This document shows, piece after piece, positions 1-9,953 of a stretch of 64,000 nucleotides of DNA (position 1 is its first letter; every line of letters begins with the position of its first letter). The stretch comes from a virus. The stretch lies in the UHGV virus genome UHGV-0174779, one strand, 5' to 3'. Under the pieces are notes generated by a model, which saw only the letters and a list, made by a program, of their open reading frames with translations, had not been told where the DNA came from and did no database searches. A program made the translations under genes and the position numbers.

Positions 1-923
1 CCTTTCGTGATAGGTACAATAGATTCAGTAGCAACTAAACCTAATCCTAGATTAGTACGAGCCGATTCTGGAGTAGTTGCCCCCGTACCACCCTGACTAA
101 CCAATATTGCAGAAGTCAACCCAGACAAAGAGGTAATATCAGAGTTAGCTCCACTTTTTGCTGCCCCGGTAATCTGGTCCACAGAGTAATCACCTGCTTG
201 TGGAATAACATCACCTGTACGGCTCTTGAAGCTGGATACTGAATTAAAAGAAATATCTCCTGTTTGTTCTGGACCTCCATTGATAGAAACAGATCTAATA
301 GAGGGTACAAGATTCGCAATGTTATCCATTGAAGTGCGGTATAAACCCCCATCTGTTGAGTCAACATAGAACCCATAATCTTCCGAATCAGGAACCCCTA
401 TAGCAACAGATCCTATATCAGAAATAGTTCCGTCTGTGCCGTCTCGCCCGGGAGTCCCTTCTGGAATACCAAAAGAGAATTGACCTGTCTCATTATCATA
501 ACTACCGGTTGCTAAACTGCCCGGAGGGAGCAGAGATACCTGAACAGTCATGTTAGATATGATATCAAGCTGATCCAGCACTTTCTGTGTTGCTTCTTTT
601 GAAAGCTCTGTAGCTGCATTTGTGTTGTCAATAGCTTGTCCTGTAGACTGAATAAGTCCTAATAAGACTTGATTCTGATCTTCAAAATCTGCCTTAAGTT
701 GCTTAATATCTTCTTCAAGCAGACGGCCTTGGGCATAGAGCCGCTCTACTTCCGAGAGAATGTCTTCCACAGAGTTGTATTTAGTTTGAGACAAGAGTGC
801 CCAATATTTAGCATCAGCTGCATATTCTGCTGCTTGTTTATAGGCTCCGATAGAACCTTCAGTAGCACCAAATTGGCCTACGTTATTGATTGCATCGGGT
901 GCTGAATTATTATAACTGATCAT
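1..923 (-). CDS. Tail fibre protein, N-terminal part (partial; gene continues beyond window start)
   Basis: Uninterrupted minus-strand frame from ATG (rc of 921-923), preceded by AAGGAG, to the window edge. Translation MISYNNSAPDAINNVGQFGATEG... contains collagen-like GTPGRDGTDGT. ORF track missed it because there is no stop in the window. Confidence 0.6.
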   Translation of the reverse strand, partial: MISYNNSAPDAINNVGQFGATEGSIGAYKQAAEYAADAKYWALLSQTKYNSVEDILSEVERLYAQGRLLEEDIKQLKADFEDQNQVLLGLIQSTGQAIDNTNAATELSKEATQKVLDQLDIISNMTVQVSLLPPGSLATGSYDNETGQFSFGIPEGTPGRDGTDGTISDIGSVAIGVPDSEDYGFYVDSTDGGLYRTSMDNIANLVPSIRSVSINGGPEQTGDISFNSVSSFKSRTGDVIPQAGDYSVDQITGAAKSGANSDITSLSGLTSAILVSQGGTGATTPESARTNLGLGLVATESIVPITK

Positions 924-932
924 GGTTTCTCC

Positions 933-1685
933 TTATGGACGAGATGTACGAATGCCATAAATGTCAGGCAGGCTGCTCTGAAGTCGAGTCATGTTGTTCG
1001 GAATTGCGATAGGTGAACCTGAATACTCCTGTTTCTTATTCTGCTCTACCATTTCATCAAGGATAGCTTTTCCTAATGCTGACCATTTCTGAACACCGTT
1101 ATCATCTTGAACAAACAGACAAGCATGACGTAGGGTGAAGTACAGAAGAAGTTCTGGTGCGATAGTAAGGATAGCACTAGTGTCTGCGTCTTCATGGAAT
1201 TCCGGTGGGTCTGCATAGTAACTAAGAATTACTGAGTTTTCTGCTGGAATCAAAGGGCTTCCATCATCAGGGTAGTATGGAGTATCTGCTTCAATGCTAG
1301 GGTAGAAAATGAAACGACTCCCGAAACGAGCAAAATTAACAGGTTGGTTATTCCAGTGAGATGGGTTAATTGTTCCATGCTGCCTACGATAGCTAATCTC
1401 CTCAGGAGATGTTACTTGGAAGATTGTACCATCTTTGGCTCTCATCATCCATTGAGCTTCTAAGTAATCAGGAGGAATATAAGCCACTCCATCTTTGATA
1501 TCTAAATAGACTTCTTTTTCCAGAGGAGGAATACGTAAGTTACGATAAATCTCTTTCTCTGCAAAGTTAATAAAGTTTGGAATTTGATTAACAAATTCGT
1601 CATCATCTCGATCGGCCCACAAGGCAACAGCTTTCTTAAGCCAGCCATACGTGTTAATCGGGTTTTGTACTTCTGGCATGCTCAT
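933..1685 (-). CDS. Hypothetical virion or tail-associated protein
   Basis: ORF 933..1781; start moved to ATG 1685 (MSMPEVQ...) which has AAGGAG 8 nt upstream and avoids the overlap with the HNH gene. Sits between capsid module and tail fibre. Confidence 0.5.
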   Translation of the reverse strand: MSMPEVQNPINTYGWLKKAVALWADRDDDEFVNQIPNFINFAEKEIYRNLRIPPLEKEVYLDIKDGVAYIPPDYLEAQWMMRAKDGTIFQVTSPEEISYRRQHGTINPSHWNNQPVNFARFGSRFIFYPSIEADTPYYPDDGSPLIPAENSVILSYYADPPEFHEDADTSAILTIAPELLLYFTLRHACLFVQDDNGVQKWSALGKAILDEMVEQNKKQEYSGSPIAIPNNMTRLQSSLPDIYGIRTSRP

Positions 1686-2187
1686 ATTTAACTCCTTTCC
1701 AGTTTGTACCATTAATGATGAGAGATATTGTGCTTTTGTTAACACCAAATTTCCTAGATAAGGCTCTAGCGCCGAATTCACTATCTCTCGGTTTATAGTT
1801 CTCTATACAGAAGAGGACTTGCTCTTTAGTAAGTTTTGAATTTGGATTTTCTTCAAGACTTTTAACTTTCATAAGACCTGTATCTACAGAATGCTGGCAA
1901 TTTTCACTACCTGTGCACCATTCAAGATTCTCAAGTCTGTTGTCATCTTTAACCCCATTCTTGTGGTTAATCTGATCTTTACCTTCTATTCTAGGTATAA
2001 ACATTTCAGCTATGACTCTATGCTCTAGATATGATTTCTTCTTGAAGGTCAGTATACGATACCCCCTGCTATTAACACACCCAGCACGTTGTCCTTTCTG
2101 TTTATTGTAGATATTACTCATTGACCAGAAAAGGTGCCCAGTATTTGGATCGTATGTAAAAGCTCCTCTGAAATCTGGCATCGCCAT
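1654..2187 (-). CDS. HNH homing endonuclease
   Basis: 177 aa; HNH-type motif HKNGVKDDNRLENLEWCTGSENCQHS with C-terminal helix-turn-helix-like tail; free-standing inside the late operon. Confidence 0.7.
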   Translation of the reverse strand: MAMPDFRGAFTYDPNTGHLFWSMSNIYNKQKGQRAGCVNSRGYRILTFKKKSYLEHRVIAEMFIPRIEGKDQINHKNGVKDDNRLENLEWCTGSENCQHSVDTGLMKVKSLEENPNSKLTKEQVLFCIENYKPRDSEFGARALSRKFGVNKSTISLIINGTNWKGVKYEHARSTKPD

Positions 2188-2254
2188 AGATTGTCCTCCT
2201 TGTTATATGTAGACAAAGAATATACATTACACACTAGCTTGTATAAGTCTTAAA

Positions 2255-2285
2255 ACAAGAAAAGCCACCCGAAGGCGGCTTTATT
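2255..2285 (-). terminator. Rho-independent terminator (minus strand)
   Basis: On the minus strand AAGCCGCC-TTCG-GGTGGCTT stem-loop followed by UUCUUGUUUU, directly after the Ig-like ORF stop. Confidence 0.5.
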
Positions 2286-2316
2286 CTTATGCAATCTCTT
2301 TACTAGTTACTATACA

Positions 2317-3636
2317 TTATACTACTTTTGGAGTAGCAGGAATAGAACAAGTAGCTGTAACTGTAGTTTGAGATTTATGTGTTGCCTTGACTGTAACAGT
2401 TTCAGCACCCGGGTCATCTGCAAGAGTGAGACTACCAGAGCTGTCTACTGTACCAGCAGCAGTTGGAGTTACTACATAATTGAAGTTAGTTGCAGCATTA
2501 TTACTCGTAAACATATCAGCAAAAGGTACTACATCACCACCAACTTTAGCCTCTACAGTTTTAGCTGTGATGGTAGCTTTAGGAACTACACCACTGATTG
2601 TCCCTGTTGCAGTAACTGAGGTCTGGGTTTTATGAGTAGCTTTGATAGTAACATTACCAGTAGCGTTAGCTGCTAAAGTGACAAGACCTGTATTTGCATC
2701 AATAGAGGTTGCCATATTAGAAGGGTTGGCTACGAAAGTGTAATTGGAAGCAGAAGAGTTAGTTGCTGTGAATAAGGCAGCAAATGTAACAGTGTCTCCA
2801 CCAATTTTACCAGTTACTGTCTTAGCGGTCAAATCTGCTTTAGGAGTAACGTTGGACAATGTACAAGTTTCTGTTGCATTGGGTTGTGTTTTGTGAACAG
2901 CTTTAACAACAGTGCTTCCTGATGCATTAGCTGAAAGAACTACAGAACCACCAACGAAAGATCCATTAGCTTCAGGATTCACTGTAACTGTATAATCAGC
3001 TGCTGAGGAGTTGACAGTAGTAAACATGACATTGAAAGATACTGAATCACCACCAACAAGAGCAGTAGTTATTGGACCTTTAGTCACAATTCCAGCTTTA
3101 GCAGCAACTCCAGTAAAGGAAGTAGTAGCTGTAACTGAGGTCTGAGTCTTATGTGTAGCTTTAACTGTCACTGTTCCAGATGCATTGTCATCTAAACCAA
3201 ACACACCCGACAGATTAAAAGAACCTGCTGACGGGGGAGTGATTTCAAATTCATAATCAGAGAATGCTGAGTTAGTTGCCGTAAACATTGTGGTGAATGC
3301 TGTAGTGCTGCCACCAATCTTACCAGTAATAGGACCTTTTGATACAATGGTCGCTGGTTCATAGATAGAATTAACAGTAGCCGTTCCTTTCTTGGATGAC
3401 TTCGTTGCCGTAATAGTTGCTGGGGTTTCTTGCGACGCACTCGGTGCAGTATATAGCCCAGAAACAGAAACAGCCCCACCGCCCTCAACGGACCAACTAA
3501 ATCCGGTTGTGCTTGTGGAGCCGTCACTCATTTCTGCTGTAGCTGTAAACTGCTGAGTAGCCCCCGTCGGAAGACTTGCAACCGACGAAGGACTAACAGT
3601 TACGGAATCTACTGTTACGCCGCCGCTACCTTTCCC
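2317..3636 (-). CDS. Ig-like (BIG2-type) domain region, probably made as a C-terminal extension of the major capsid protein by -1 frameshift
   Basis: Four tandem ~90-aa repeats (VTVKATHKTQTSVTAT..., TKGPITxxxGG). The frame stays open upstream of the first ATG (3531) to 3696, overlapping the capsid gene 3' end in the -1 frame; no Shine-Dalgarno before ATG 3531. Confidence 0.55.
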   Translation of the reverse strand, partial: GKGSGGVTVDSVTVSPSSVASLPTGATQQFTATAEMSDGSTSTTGFSWSVEGGGAVSVSGLYTAPSASQETPATITATKSSKKGTATVNSIYEPATIVSKGPITGKIGGSTTAFTTMFTATNSAFSDYEFEITPPSAGSFNLSGVFGLDDNASGTVTVKATHKTQTSVTATTSFTGVAAKAGIVTKGPITTALVGGDSVSFNVMFTTVNSSAADYTVTVNPEANGSFVGGSVVLSANASGSTVVKAVHKTQPNATETCTLSNVTPKADLTAKTVTGKIGGDTVTFAALFTATNSSASNYTFVANPSNMATSIDANTGLVTLAANATGNVTIKATHKTQTSVTATGTISGVVPKATITAKTVEAKVGGDVVPFADMFTSNNAATNFNYVVTPTAAGTVDSSGSLTLADDPGAETVTVKATHKSQTTVTATCSIPATPKVV

Positions 3637-4676
3637 GCAGCAGTGAACAGCACACCGGAAGCATACGGGTTGCGGTGACGCAGACCAACTTCCATTTCAA
3701 TCATCCACTTCTCGTAAGAACCATCTTTTGCCAGTTCAGTACGTTTCGGAGCACGAAGAACCATCTGAGTCCAGTCAGCGCTACGGAAGAAGTAAACTGC
3801 ATCGGTAGGCATCCAACGGTTAACGATGATTTTGTAGCTCTGGCCCAGCGGGTCAGTGATGCTGTTAACTTCGTAGATGAACTGCTTGGTGTTCTCAAAG
3901 ATACGCTTACGTGAACCCTGAGTGTTTTCTTGCAGACCAGCGAAGATCTTAGCATGAGCCGGGTTAATCATGATGATATCTGCTTCAGAACCAGCGGTAT
4001 ACAGTTGCAGAGTCATATCAAAGATATCAGCTTCGTCAAAACCAATGTTAGTGGTCGGGTTAGAAGCATTCTGTGCAACTTTAACAGTTACTGCACCAGT
4101 GTCCGGGTCAGCAGGACCATTCTTGGTCTTGTCAACAACACCACCAGCCAGACCACCGTGAGCACACAGGAACTGGAATGCACCAGTCTTACGAGCTGCA
4201 TGGGTGTCATTCAGACCAACAACAGCAGGATCAGTTGCAGAGTTAGTCAGGTACTGGTCAGCCAGAACGTCGGTACGAGCCTGACCGGACAGAAGGATTT
4301 TCTCGAGGTCACGCTTGATCTCTTTACCTTTCTTCTCCAGCTGATACATCAGTTCACGACCACGACCATAGTTAGCGGTGGTGTTAGCAGTATCAGAAAC
4401 ACGAACAACCTTACGCAGAATCTGAGTAACGTTAGATTTGATAACAGTCGGTTTCATTTCGCCGTCTTCAGCACGAGAGCCTTCGACGTGTGCGTTATTA
4501 CCGTCAACGCTTGCCAGTGCATCGGTCTGCCAGCTAAAGATAGTCTGGTTGATAGACTCTTTACCGGTCATGGATACGAACGGGGTATCCTGAGGGGACA
4601 GAACAGAAATCCAGTTAGCAAAAGAAAGTTTTTTACCATTCTGGTCATACGATACAAATAAAGTTGGATTAGCCAT
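3615..4676 (-). CDS. Major capsid protein
   Basis: 353 aa ORF immediately downstream of scaffold and portal genes, strong codon bias, AAGGAG-like RBS; assignment by gene order and size, not by a verified motif. Confidence 0.6.
   Translation of the reverse strand: MANPTLFVSYDQNGKKLSFANWISVLSPQDTPFVSMTGKESINQTIFSWQTDALASVDGNNAHVEGSRAEDGEMKPTVIKSNVTQILRKVVRVSDTANTTANYGRGRELMYQLEKKGKEIKRDLEKILLSGQARTDVLADQYLTNSATDPAVVGLNDTHAARKTGAFQFLCAHGGLAGGVVDKTKNGPADPDTGAVTVKVAQNASNPTTNIGFDEADIFDMTLQLYTAGSEADIIMINPAHAKIFAGLQENTQGSRKRIFENTKQFIYEVNSITDPLGQSYKIIVNRWMPTDAVYFFRSADWTQMVLRAPKRTELAKDGSYEKWMIEMEVGLRHRNPYASGVLFTAAGKVAAA
3630..3636 (-). promoter_or_regulatory. Candidate -1 ribosomal frameshift slippery heptamer G_GGA_AAG
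   Basis: In capsid frame ...GCG GGA AAG GUA...; slipping to GGG AAA G enters the Ig-like frame, which continues GSGGVTVDSVTVSPSS... (start of a BIG2-like domain). Confidence 0.5.
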
Positions 4677-4716
4677 GTTATTTTAGCTCCTATACTATTA
4701 ATAATTAATTTGTCGA

Positions 4717-5793
4717 TTAATCTACGAGGAATTTGAATGCGTCTTCGTGACTAACGCGACCCTCTGCGAATGCCTTGGCAACTTTAGCGTTGTCGGGCTT
4801 ATTGGAAGTACGAGACTTTGCAGCATCAGACTTCACAACCTTGCGTGGAGCACCGGGACGTTTAATCTTAGCCATCACCTGTTGCTTACCTTTATCAAAT
4901 TGGTATGCTTTATGGAGAGCTAGGAAAATAGACGGACGGTTTTCCTTCAATACTTCTTCTTCAGTAGCACCTAAGTCAATTGCGTATTGCATTAAGTTTT
5001 GATATAAGTTTTCATCCCAATTTGGAATCTCACGTTTCAGAATATTAACACATTCAATACTCTTGGCTTGGAAAGCTTCCTGCTCTTTAGCTGCTGCTTC
5101 CTGCTTAATACGGACCTGAGCCTGTTCAAGCTGTTGACGGCGAGCTGTGTACTTCTCTAGGAAACGTTTGTTTTCAACATATGCTTGAGGATCTTCTACT
5201 GCAAGCTTGTCCCAATCAAAACCGTTATAATCTTCAATTACTCGGTCTGCTTCTAAAGACGCTAGTTCTAATACATCCTTCAAACCTACTACACGTTCCT
5301 CGAATGCTTCCATATGACGCTGAAGAGTTGATTCTCGTTCTGTCATATCAGCACCAGTAAGATAGCCATTAGAAAGTTCTTCAATAGTCATCTCACGTCC
5401 ATCAGGAAGGGTGATAACGGTTTCGTAGTCTACATCAAAGACTTCACCTTCACCGTCAGCAGAATCATCTTCATATCCTGCATCACTTGAATCTTCTTCC
5501 TCTTGCTCTTCTGCTTCAGAGGATTCATCTTCATCTTCTTCGACTTCGCCTTCCTCTTCACGATCTTCCCAACCATCTTCATCTTCGAACTTAAGCTCAT
5601 CGCTTTCACCGAGAAGGTCGGTATCAAAGTCAAAATCGTCACCGTCTTTTTCCGGGAACTCATCGTCAATGTCCACTTCTGGTTCTTGTTCAGATTCTAA
5701 TCGACCGAGTTCTTCTTTGAAAGAACCTTTCAGGTCATCCAGTTGGAGGAAAGATTTAAAATCGTTCGGGTCAATATAATTATCTTGTGGCAT
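4717..5793 (-). CDS. Scaffolding protein (putative)
   Basis: 358 aa, extremely acidic N-terminal half (D/E runs) and helical basic C-terminus; sits between portal and capsid genes. Confidence 0.5.
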   Translation of the reverse strand: MPQDNYIDPNDFKSFLQLDDLKGSFKEELGRLESEQEPEVDIDDEFPEKDGDDFDFDTDLLGESDELKFEDEDGWEDREEEGEVEEDEDESSEAEEQEEEDSSDAGYEDDSADGEGEVFDVDYETVITLPDGREMTIEELSNGYLTGADMTERESTLQRHMEAFEERVVGLKDVLELASLEADRVIEDYNGFDWDKLAVEDPQAYVENKRFLEKYTARRQQLEQAQVRIKQEAAAKEQEAFQAKSIECVNILKREIPNWDENLYQNLMQYAIDLGATEEEVLKENRPSIFLALHKAYQFDKGKQQVMAKIKRPGAPRKVVKSDAAKSRTSNKPDNAKVAKAFAEGRVSHEDAFKFLVD

Positions 5794-6029
5794 TATGAAA
5801 CATCTCCTGCACTATTGATAGCAGCTTTTATGACCTCTTTTAAGCTACCCACCATTTTATACTTTTGATAACAATCTTCGCGTTTCTTATTCTCATGAGG
5901 TTCAGTTTGAACTATCTCTGTCATGAGTCTTTCTTTCAATGCCTCTAATGCTGCGTCAAGACTGCCGTTAAGATTGAGAGCCGCCAAAGCGGCGGCGTGC
6001 TCTTTATTGAATTGATGCCTAATGTTCAT
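5793..6029 (-). CDS. Hypothetical protein
   Basis: 78 aa ORF between portal and scaffold genes, start and stop coupled to neighbours. Confidence 0.4.
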   Translation of the reverse strand: MNIRHQFNKEHAAALAALNLNGSLDAALEALKERLMTEIVQTEPHENKKREDCYQKYKMVGSLKEVIKAAINSAGDVS

Positions 6030-6038
6030 TCGACGTCC

Positions 6039-8282
6039 TTACTTTTTACTTCCAAGACGTTTGCCTGGAATCCGTGAATCTTTGAGAGAAGCTTGTTGCT
6101 CTTTCTTAGTTACATTTGCTTCTTTCTTCTGGAGTTCCAAAGTCTTATTTTGAATGCGTGATTGCTCATTAAGCTTCTCTTGGTCAACTTGATGGGACAT
6201 AACCATCTGCAATTCTTTCAGTACAGACTCATACTGACGGACCTGCTGCTGCATAAGAGCTAACTTGTGCTTAGCTTGTTCCAGAGTTGCACTGTTATCT
6301 TCTTTACGGTTTTCCAGAGTCATAGCATCTGCTGCATTTTCTTGCTTGAACTGCAACTCTTCCTGACGAAGACTTAACTCATCCGCAGCTTTCTGCTGTT
6401 CGAATGTAGTACGTTCACGCTGGTCGAATGCATCAGCAATCATCTTCTGAGAAGAGGCCTGTACGTTCTCAACCTGTGCTTTAGTCATCTCAAGCTGGAG
6501 GATTTCCATCGGAGAAGGCTGCGGAGGCTGATACTGTTCCAGAGGCAGAAGGTATTTGTGAGTGTCCTTAATACCCATCAACTCAAAGATCTGTGCAGTC
6601 ATGTAACGGTCTTGCTCCAAACCAAAGAGAGGTGCTAACTGTGCATCTGCTGCAATCAGCTGTTTCAAGCTAATCAGTTTCTGTGCACGTTCTGCTTTCT
6701 CATTAGGAGAAATAGCTACAACAACTTGAAGATTATGACGAGCTGGCAATTGTTTAGGGTTTACCTGAACCATACCACGAGGGGTTTGTACCTCAATAGG
6801 AACTTCACCATTTTCTCGGATAAGGCTGTAAATACCACGCATCAATTCAACCATACCATTGTGAGCAATGTTACGACATACCATACGGAGACGGTTCTGT
6901 GCAGCATTCATCATCAAACCTACGGTTGCATAAGCGTTATCATTCTTAAACACATCAGGGTTGATACCCATGCCAAGTTTAGTTACACCTGTACGTGTCT
7001 CTTTAAGCTCCTCAGACATGCCTAGGAGGCCGTCAATACCTTGAGGTAGGTTATGGTATGGGAACAGGTCAATAGCGTCCTGACGTTCCATTTCAACCAC
7101 TCCACCGGGGCGGTTATCAAGCAGAGAGCGACGGTCGTATGCACCAACAAGAGCTTTGTATCGACCATAGTTAGCATTGTTGACGTTATCAATATAACCA
7201 CGAACTAACGCGGTACGTAAATCCTGAATATCTTTCGTAATGTCATAGACTGATTGACCATAGAAGGAACCCGGAATCGGATACGGGCAGAAGGTTACAA
7301 ACGGAATGTGAGTTACTTCTTCAGTGTGAAGGATATGCTCACCAGCTTGAATAACCTGATAGAGTTTAGACTCTTTATTCTTATCTAGAACACCTGTACG
7401 AATGTAGTGCTCATAAACCCAAACCATAGAAGCAATATCTTCGGTATCTGTGCCAATATCAGCATCAATATCCTGACGCCAGTCAGTACGAGACCAAGCA
7501 ACTGTAGATTGAGTGGTATCCATCGTGTCTGTCCAGTCGTTGAATGCTTCAATCTCATCTTTAGGGAAGCCCATAGCAACCAGATCTTCTTTAGAACGAC
7601 GTACACGATGACAGAAGTATTGTGCATCTGCAAAAGAGGTAGCATGTTCATCAACAAAGATTTGCTCTGAAGGAACATATTCAACTTTCACACGTTTAAC
7701 AGTTTGTTCATAAGTAACTTTAACATCTACTGTACCATCTTCATTCTCTTCAGTGAAGATTTCCAGATTCTTAAGTCCACCAGCTTCTAGTCCCTGAACA
7801 TATGCAGCCAATGCTTCCGGTGGTACACCTTCAGCTTCTTCAGTTTGAGTAGAAGTGTGCTCATCCCAATAGTATTTGATAAAAGAGTTACGAGTAACCA
7901 GGCATTCTTGTGCAGCAGAAGAGATAATATTGTATCCCGGATTGTCACGCAGAAGAATTTGGTTAACTAATTTAGTTGCTACATCAGCAGCATCAGAATC
8001 CTGTTGGTTGTCAGCTACGAAAGTAACCGCTTCATCACCAGAACAGAATACGTTAATAATATCTTGCAGTGTACCGTTAACAGATTCCCAAACAGTACGA
8101 TCTACCCAACTAGAGCTGCCAGCAGTTACTGGTGCAGGTAAGTTACCATAGAAATATTCCCAAGCTTCACGAGCATAGCCCTTAACAGCCGTGTCAACGT
8201 AACCTTGAGCGTAATTAAAACGACGTTGAAGGTCAACACGTAACTCGTCCAACACCTCTTCACTATATTTTTGCTTAGCCAT
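6039..8282 (-). CDS. Portal protein (putative) with C-terminal coiled-coil extension
   Basis: 747 aa ORF directly downstream of terminase large subunit; C-terminal ~150 aa Q/E/K-rich heptad-like region; assignment by synteny and size. Confidence 0.6.
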   Translation of the reverse strand: MAKQKYSEEVLDELRVDLQRRFNYAQGYVDTAVKGYAREAWEYFYGNLPAPVTAGSSSWVDRTVWESVNGTLQDIINVFCSGDEAVTFVADNQQDSDAADVATKLVNQILLRDNPGYNIISSAAQECLVTRNSFIKYYWDEHTSTQTEEAEGVPPEALAAYVQGLEAGGLKNLEIFTEENEDGTVDVKVTYEQTVKRVKVEYVPSEQIFVDEHATSFADAQYFCHRVRRSKEDLVAMGFPKDEIEAFNDWTDTMDTTQSTVAWSRTDWRQDIDADIGTDTEDIASMVWVYEHYIRTGVLDKNKESKLYQVIQAGEHILHTEEVTHIPFVTFCPYPIPGSFYGQSVYDITKDIQDLRTALVRGYIDNVNNANYGRYKALVGAYDRRSLLDNRPGGVVEMERQDAIDLFPYHNLPQGIDGLLGMSEELKETRTGVTKLGMGINPDVFKNDNAYATVGLMMNAAQNRLRMVCRNIAHNGMVELMRGIYSLIRENGEVPIEVQTPRGMVQVNPKQLPARHNLQVVVAISPNEKAERAQKLISLKQLIAADAQLAPLFGLEQDRYMTAQIFELMGIKDTHKYLLPLEQYQPPQPSPMEILQLEMTKAQVENVQASSQKMIADAFDQRERTTFEQQKAADELSLRQEELQFKQENAADAMTLENRKEDNSATLEQAKHKLALMQQQVRQYESVLKELQMVMSHQVDQEKLNEQSRIQNKTLELQKKEANVTKKEQQASLKDSRIPGKRLGSKK

Positions 8283-8310
8283 CTATTCTCTCCCTCGGTT
8301 GATAGCTTAA

Positions 8311-8336
8311 ATAAAAGAAGGGAGGACAAACCTCCC
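8311..8336 (-). other. Intergenic stem-loop between terminase and portal genes
   Basis: GGGAGG-N5-CCTCCC hairpin followed on the minus strand by UUCUUUUAUUU; possible attenuator or processing site. Confidence 0.3.
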
Positions 8337-8342
8337 CTTACT

Positions 8343-9884
8343 TTAGTAGCTCTGATTCCATCTGCTTACGTTTGCCTCATACAAAGAAGCGCTTCCGTAG
8401 CTAACATCATGCTTAGAGCGACCACGATGTGTAACAGAGCACGCTGAATAGCGCATTGCATCCATTAAGTCATCATGTTCTTTAATAATCTTACCAACCT
8501 TACGGTGATATCTAGCTTTCTCTTCGAATAGCTTAGCGTTAGCGGCTGTGTTAAAGATTTTAAAGCGTCCACTCATCATTCTTTCACGGATATCTGTGAT
8601 TCCCGGTTCTACAAAGAAGTTCTTTTTACCATCCATTCCAATTTTGTTGTAGAAGGTATCACTCTGTACGTTAACTCCTGCATTCTTATAGAATTGAGCA
8701 ACAGATGAACCACTACCTTTCTCAATATTGTCCGCATCATGCGGTAGGATGACAGGAATCCACTGACCACGACCATTAATAGCTGGAGCATGATACACTG
8801 GAGTAAAGCCACCTTCTTTATATGAGTCGTAAACATAGATAGTATCCGTGTTTGCGTCGTAAGCTGTCCAAACAGCAGCAGTTGGGTGATCAATACCAAT
8901 ATCAATTGCACAGACACGTTTCCACGTATCAGGAATTTCGAATGGTTCACATTTAATTGTGTCATCCGATACATCGTAAATCAAACCACTTCCTAACAAT
9001 GGCATACCTTTTGAACGCATCTCTAATTGCCACGCTGGAATACCTTCAGTCATATCTTTTATATCTTGGTCAGTGATATGTCCACCTAGGTCTGCATGAG
9101 CATCCCACCAAGAAGCATTCTGGAAATATAGAGAACCTGTGTTCTCATCTCCTTCACCTTTCATAAATTTATCTACCAGTTCAGTTAAACCGTTCTCTGG
9201 TGTAGCTGTAATTGTAACTAGACCTTTAGTTGTGAGTGTACGTGTGACGCACTGTGCGAATATAGCCATAGACTCGTATGGATCTTCTTCGTCTAACCAA
9301 ATGTAATCAACTGTTGCACCCATCAATGTGTGTTCACCCTGTTGGGTTGAACGGAATTCTAATGTACTTAAACCGTCAAACTCTCCTCTCTCATTTTGAT
9401 GTTTGATTTGTACGATTTGAAGTTTGTTACCATCTCGTTCTATCGTATCAATGACGATAGCATCACGAGGAATGACACCTGTCCCTAATAAATTTGTATC
9501 CTTTCCGATAGGTGTACCAAACAATTCCTTTTGCAATACTTTCCTTGTGGAATCCCCTGTAATACCAACTGCCCATGCTAAGATAGGTCTTTTAAATTTA
9601 TATCCTGTCCACCAAGTTGGGTAGCGACCTGTGACATGACAAGCAAACTCGTATGCCTCGCTATAAGATTTACCAACACGGTTCGCTGCACACAAGAATC
9701 TAAAGCGATGCTTCAATCCTGCTGCATAAAATTTCTTTTGGAAGTCATACGCCTTGAAAGACAAAATCCTATTATACTTCCTCCATTGGTCACGCTCTTT
9801 CAACATATTCAATAGTGCTTTCTTTTCATCTACACTAAGGTTGTTACCAGTTAGAGCTTCATAAATTTGTTTATCTAATGACAT
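8343..9884 (-). CDS. Terminase large subunit
   Basis: 513 aa; ATPase Walker A-like AANRVGKS, Walker B-like DYIWLDEED, C-terminal nuclease region CAIDIGIDHPTAAV. Confidence 0.85.
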   Translation of the reverse strand: MSLDKQIYEALTGNNLSVDEKKALLNMLKERDQWRKYNRILSFKAYDFQKKFYAAGLKHRFRFLCAANRVGKSYSEAYEFACHVTGRYPTWWTGYKFKRPILAWAVGITGDSTRKVLQKELFGTPIGKDTNLLGTGVIPRDAIVIDTIERDGNKLQIVQIKHQNERGEFDGLSTLEFRSTQQGEHTLMGATVDYIWLDEEDPYESMAIFAQCVTRTLTTKGLVTITATPENGLTELVDKFMKGEGDENTGSLYFQNASWWDAHADLGGHITDQDIKDMTEGIPAWQLEMRSKGMPLLGSGLIYDVSDDTIKCEPFEIPDTWKRVCAIDIGIDHPTAAVWTAYDANTDTIYVYDSYKEGGFTPVYHAPAINGRGQWIPVILPHDADNIEKGSGSSVAQFYKNAGVNVQSDTFYNKIGMDGKKNFFVEPGITDIRERMMSGRFKIFNTAANAKLFEEKARYHRKVGKIIKEHDDLMDAMRYSACSVTHRGRSKHDVSYGSASLYEANVSRWNQSY

Positions 9885-9953
9885 ACTTCCTCCAGTTTAA
9901 AAATAGAAAAGGGAAAGTCCCTTCGTCAAAGAACCTCCCCTTCTTTCCTTTAC

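Noticed and set aside
116-376. 86-aa minus-strand ORF from the ORF track
   Set aside because: Lies in a different frame inside the long uninterrupted tail fibre frame (1-923), with no RBS; treated as a chance ORF.
669-905. 78-aa plus-strand ORF
   Set aside because: Antisense to the tail fibre gene, no RBS, atypical composition.
2368-4661. Several ORFs overlapping or antisense to the Ig-like and capsid genes (2368-2619, 3192-3527, 3675-3914, 3701-3955, 3930-4661, 3970-4161)
   Set aside because: All are embedded in or opposite strongly supported structural genes and have low-complexity translations typical of alternative frames.
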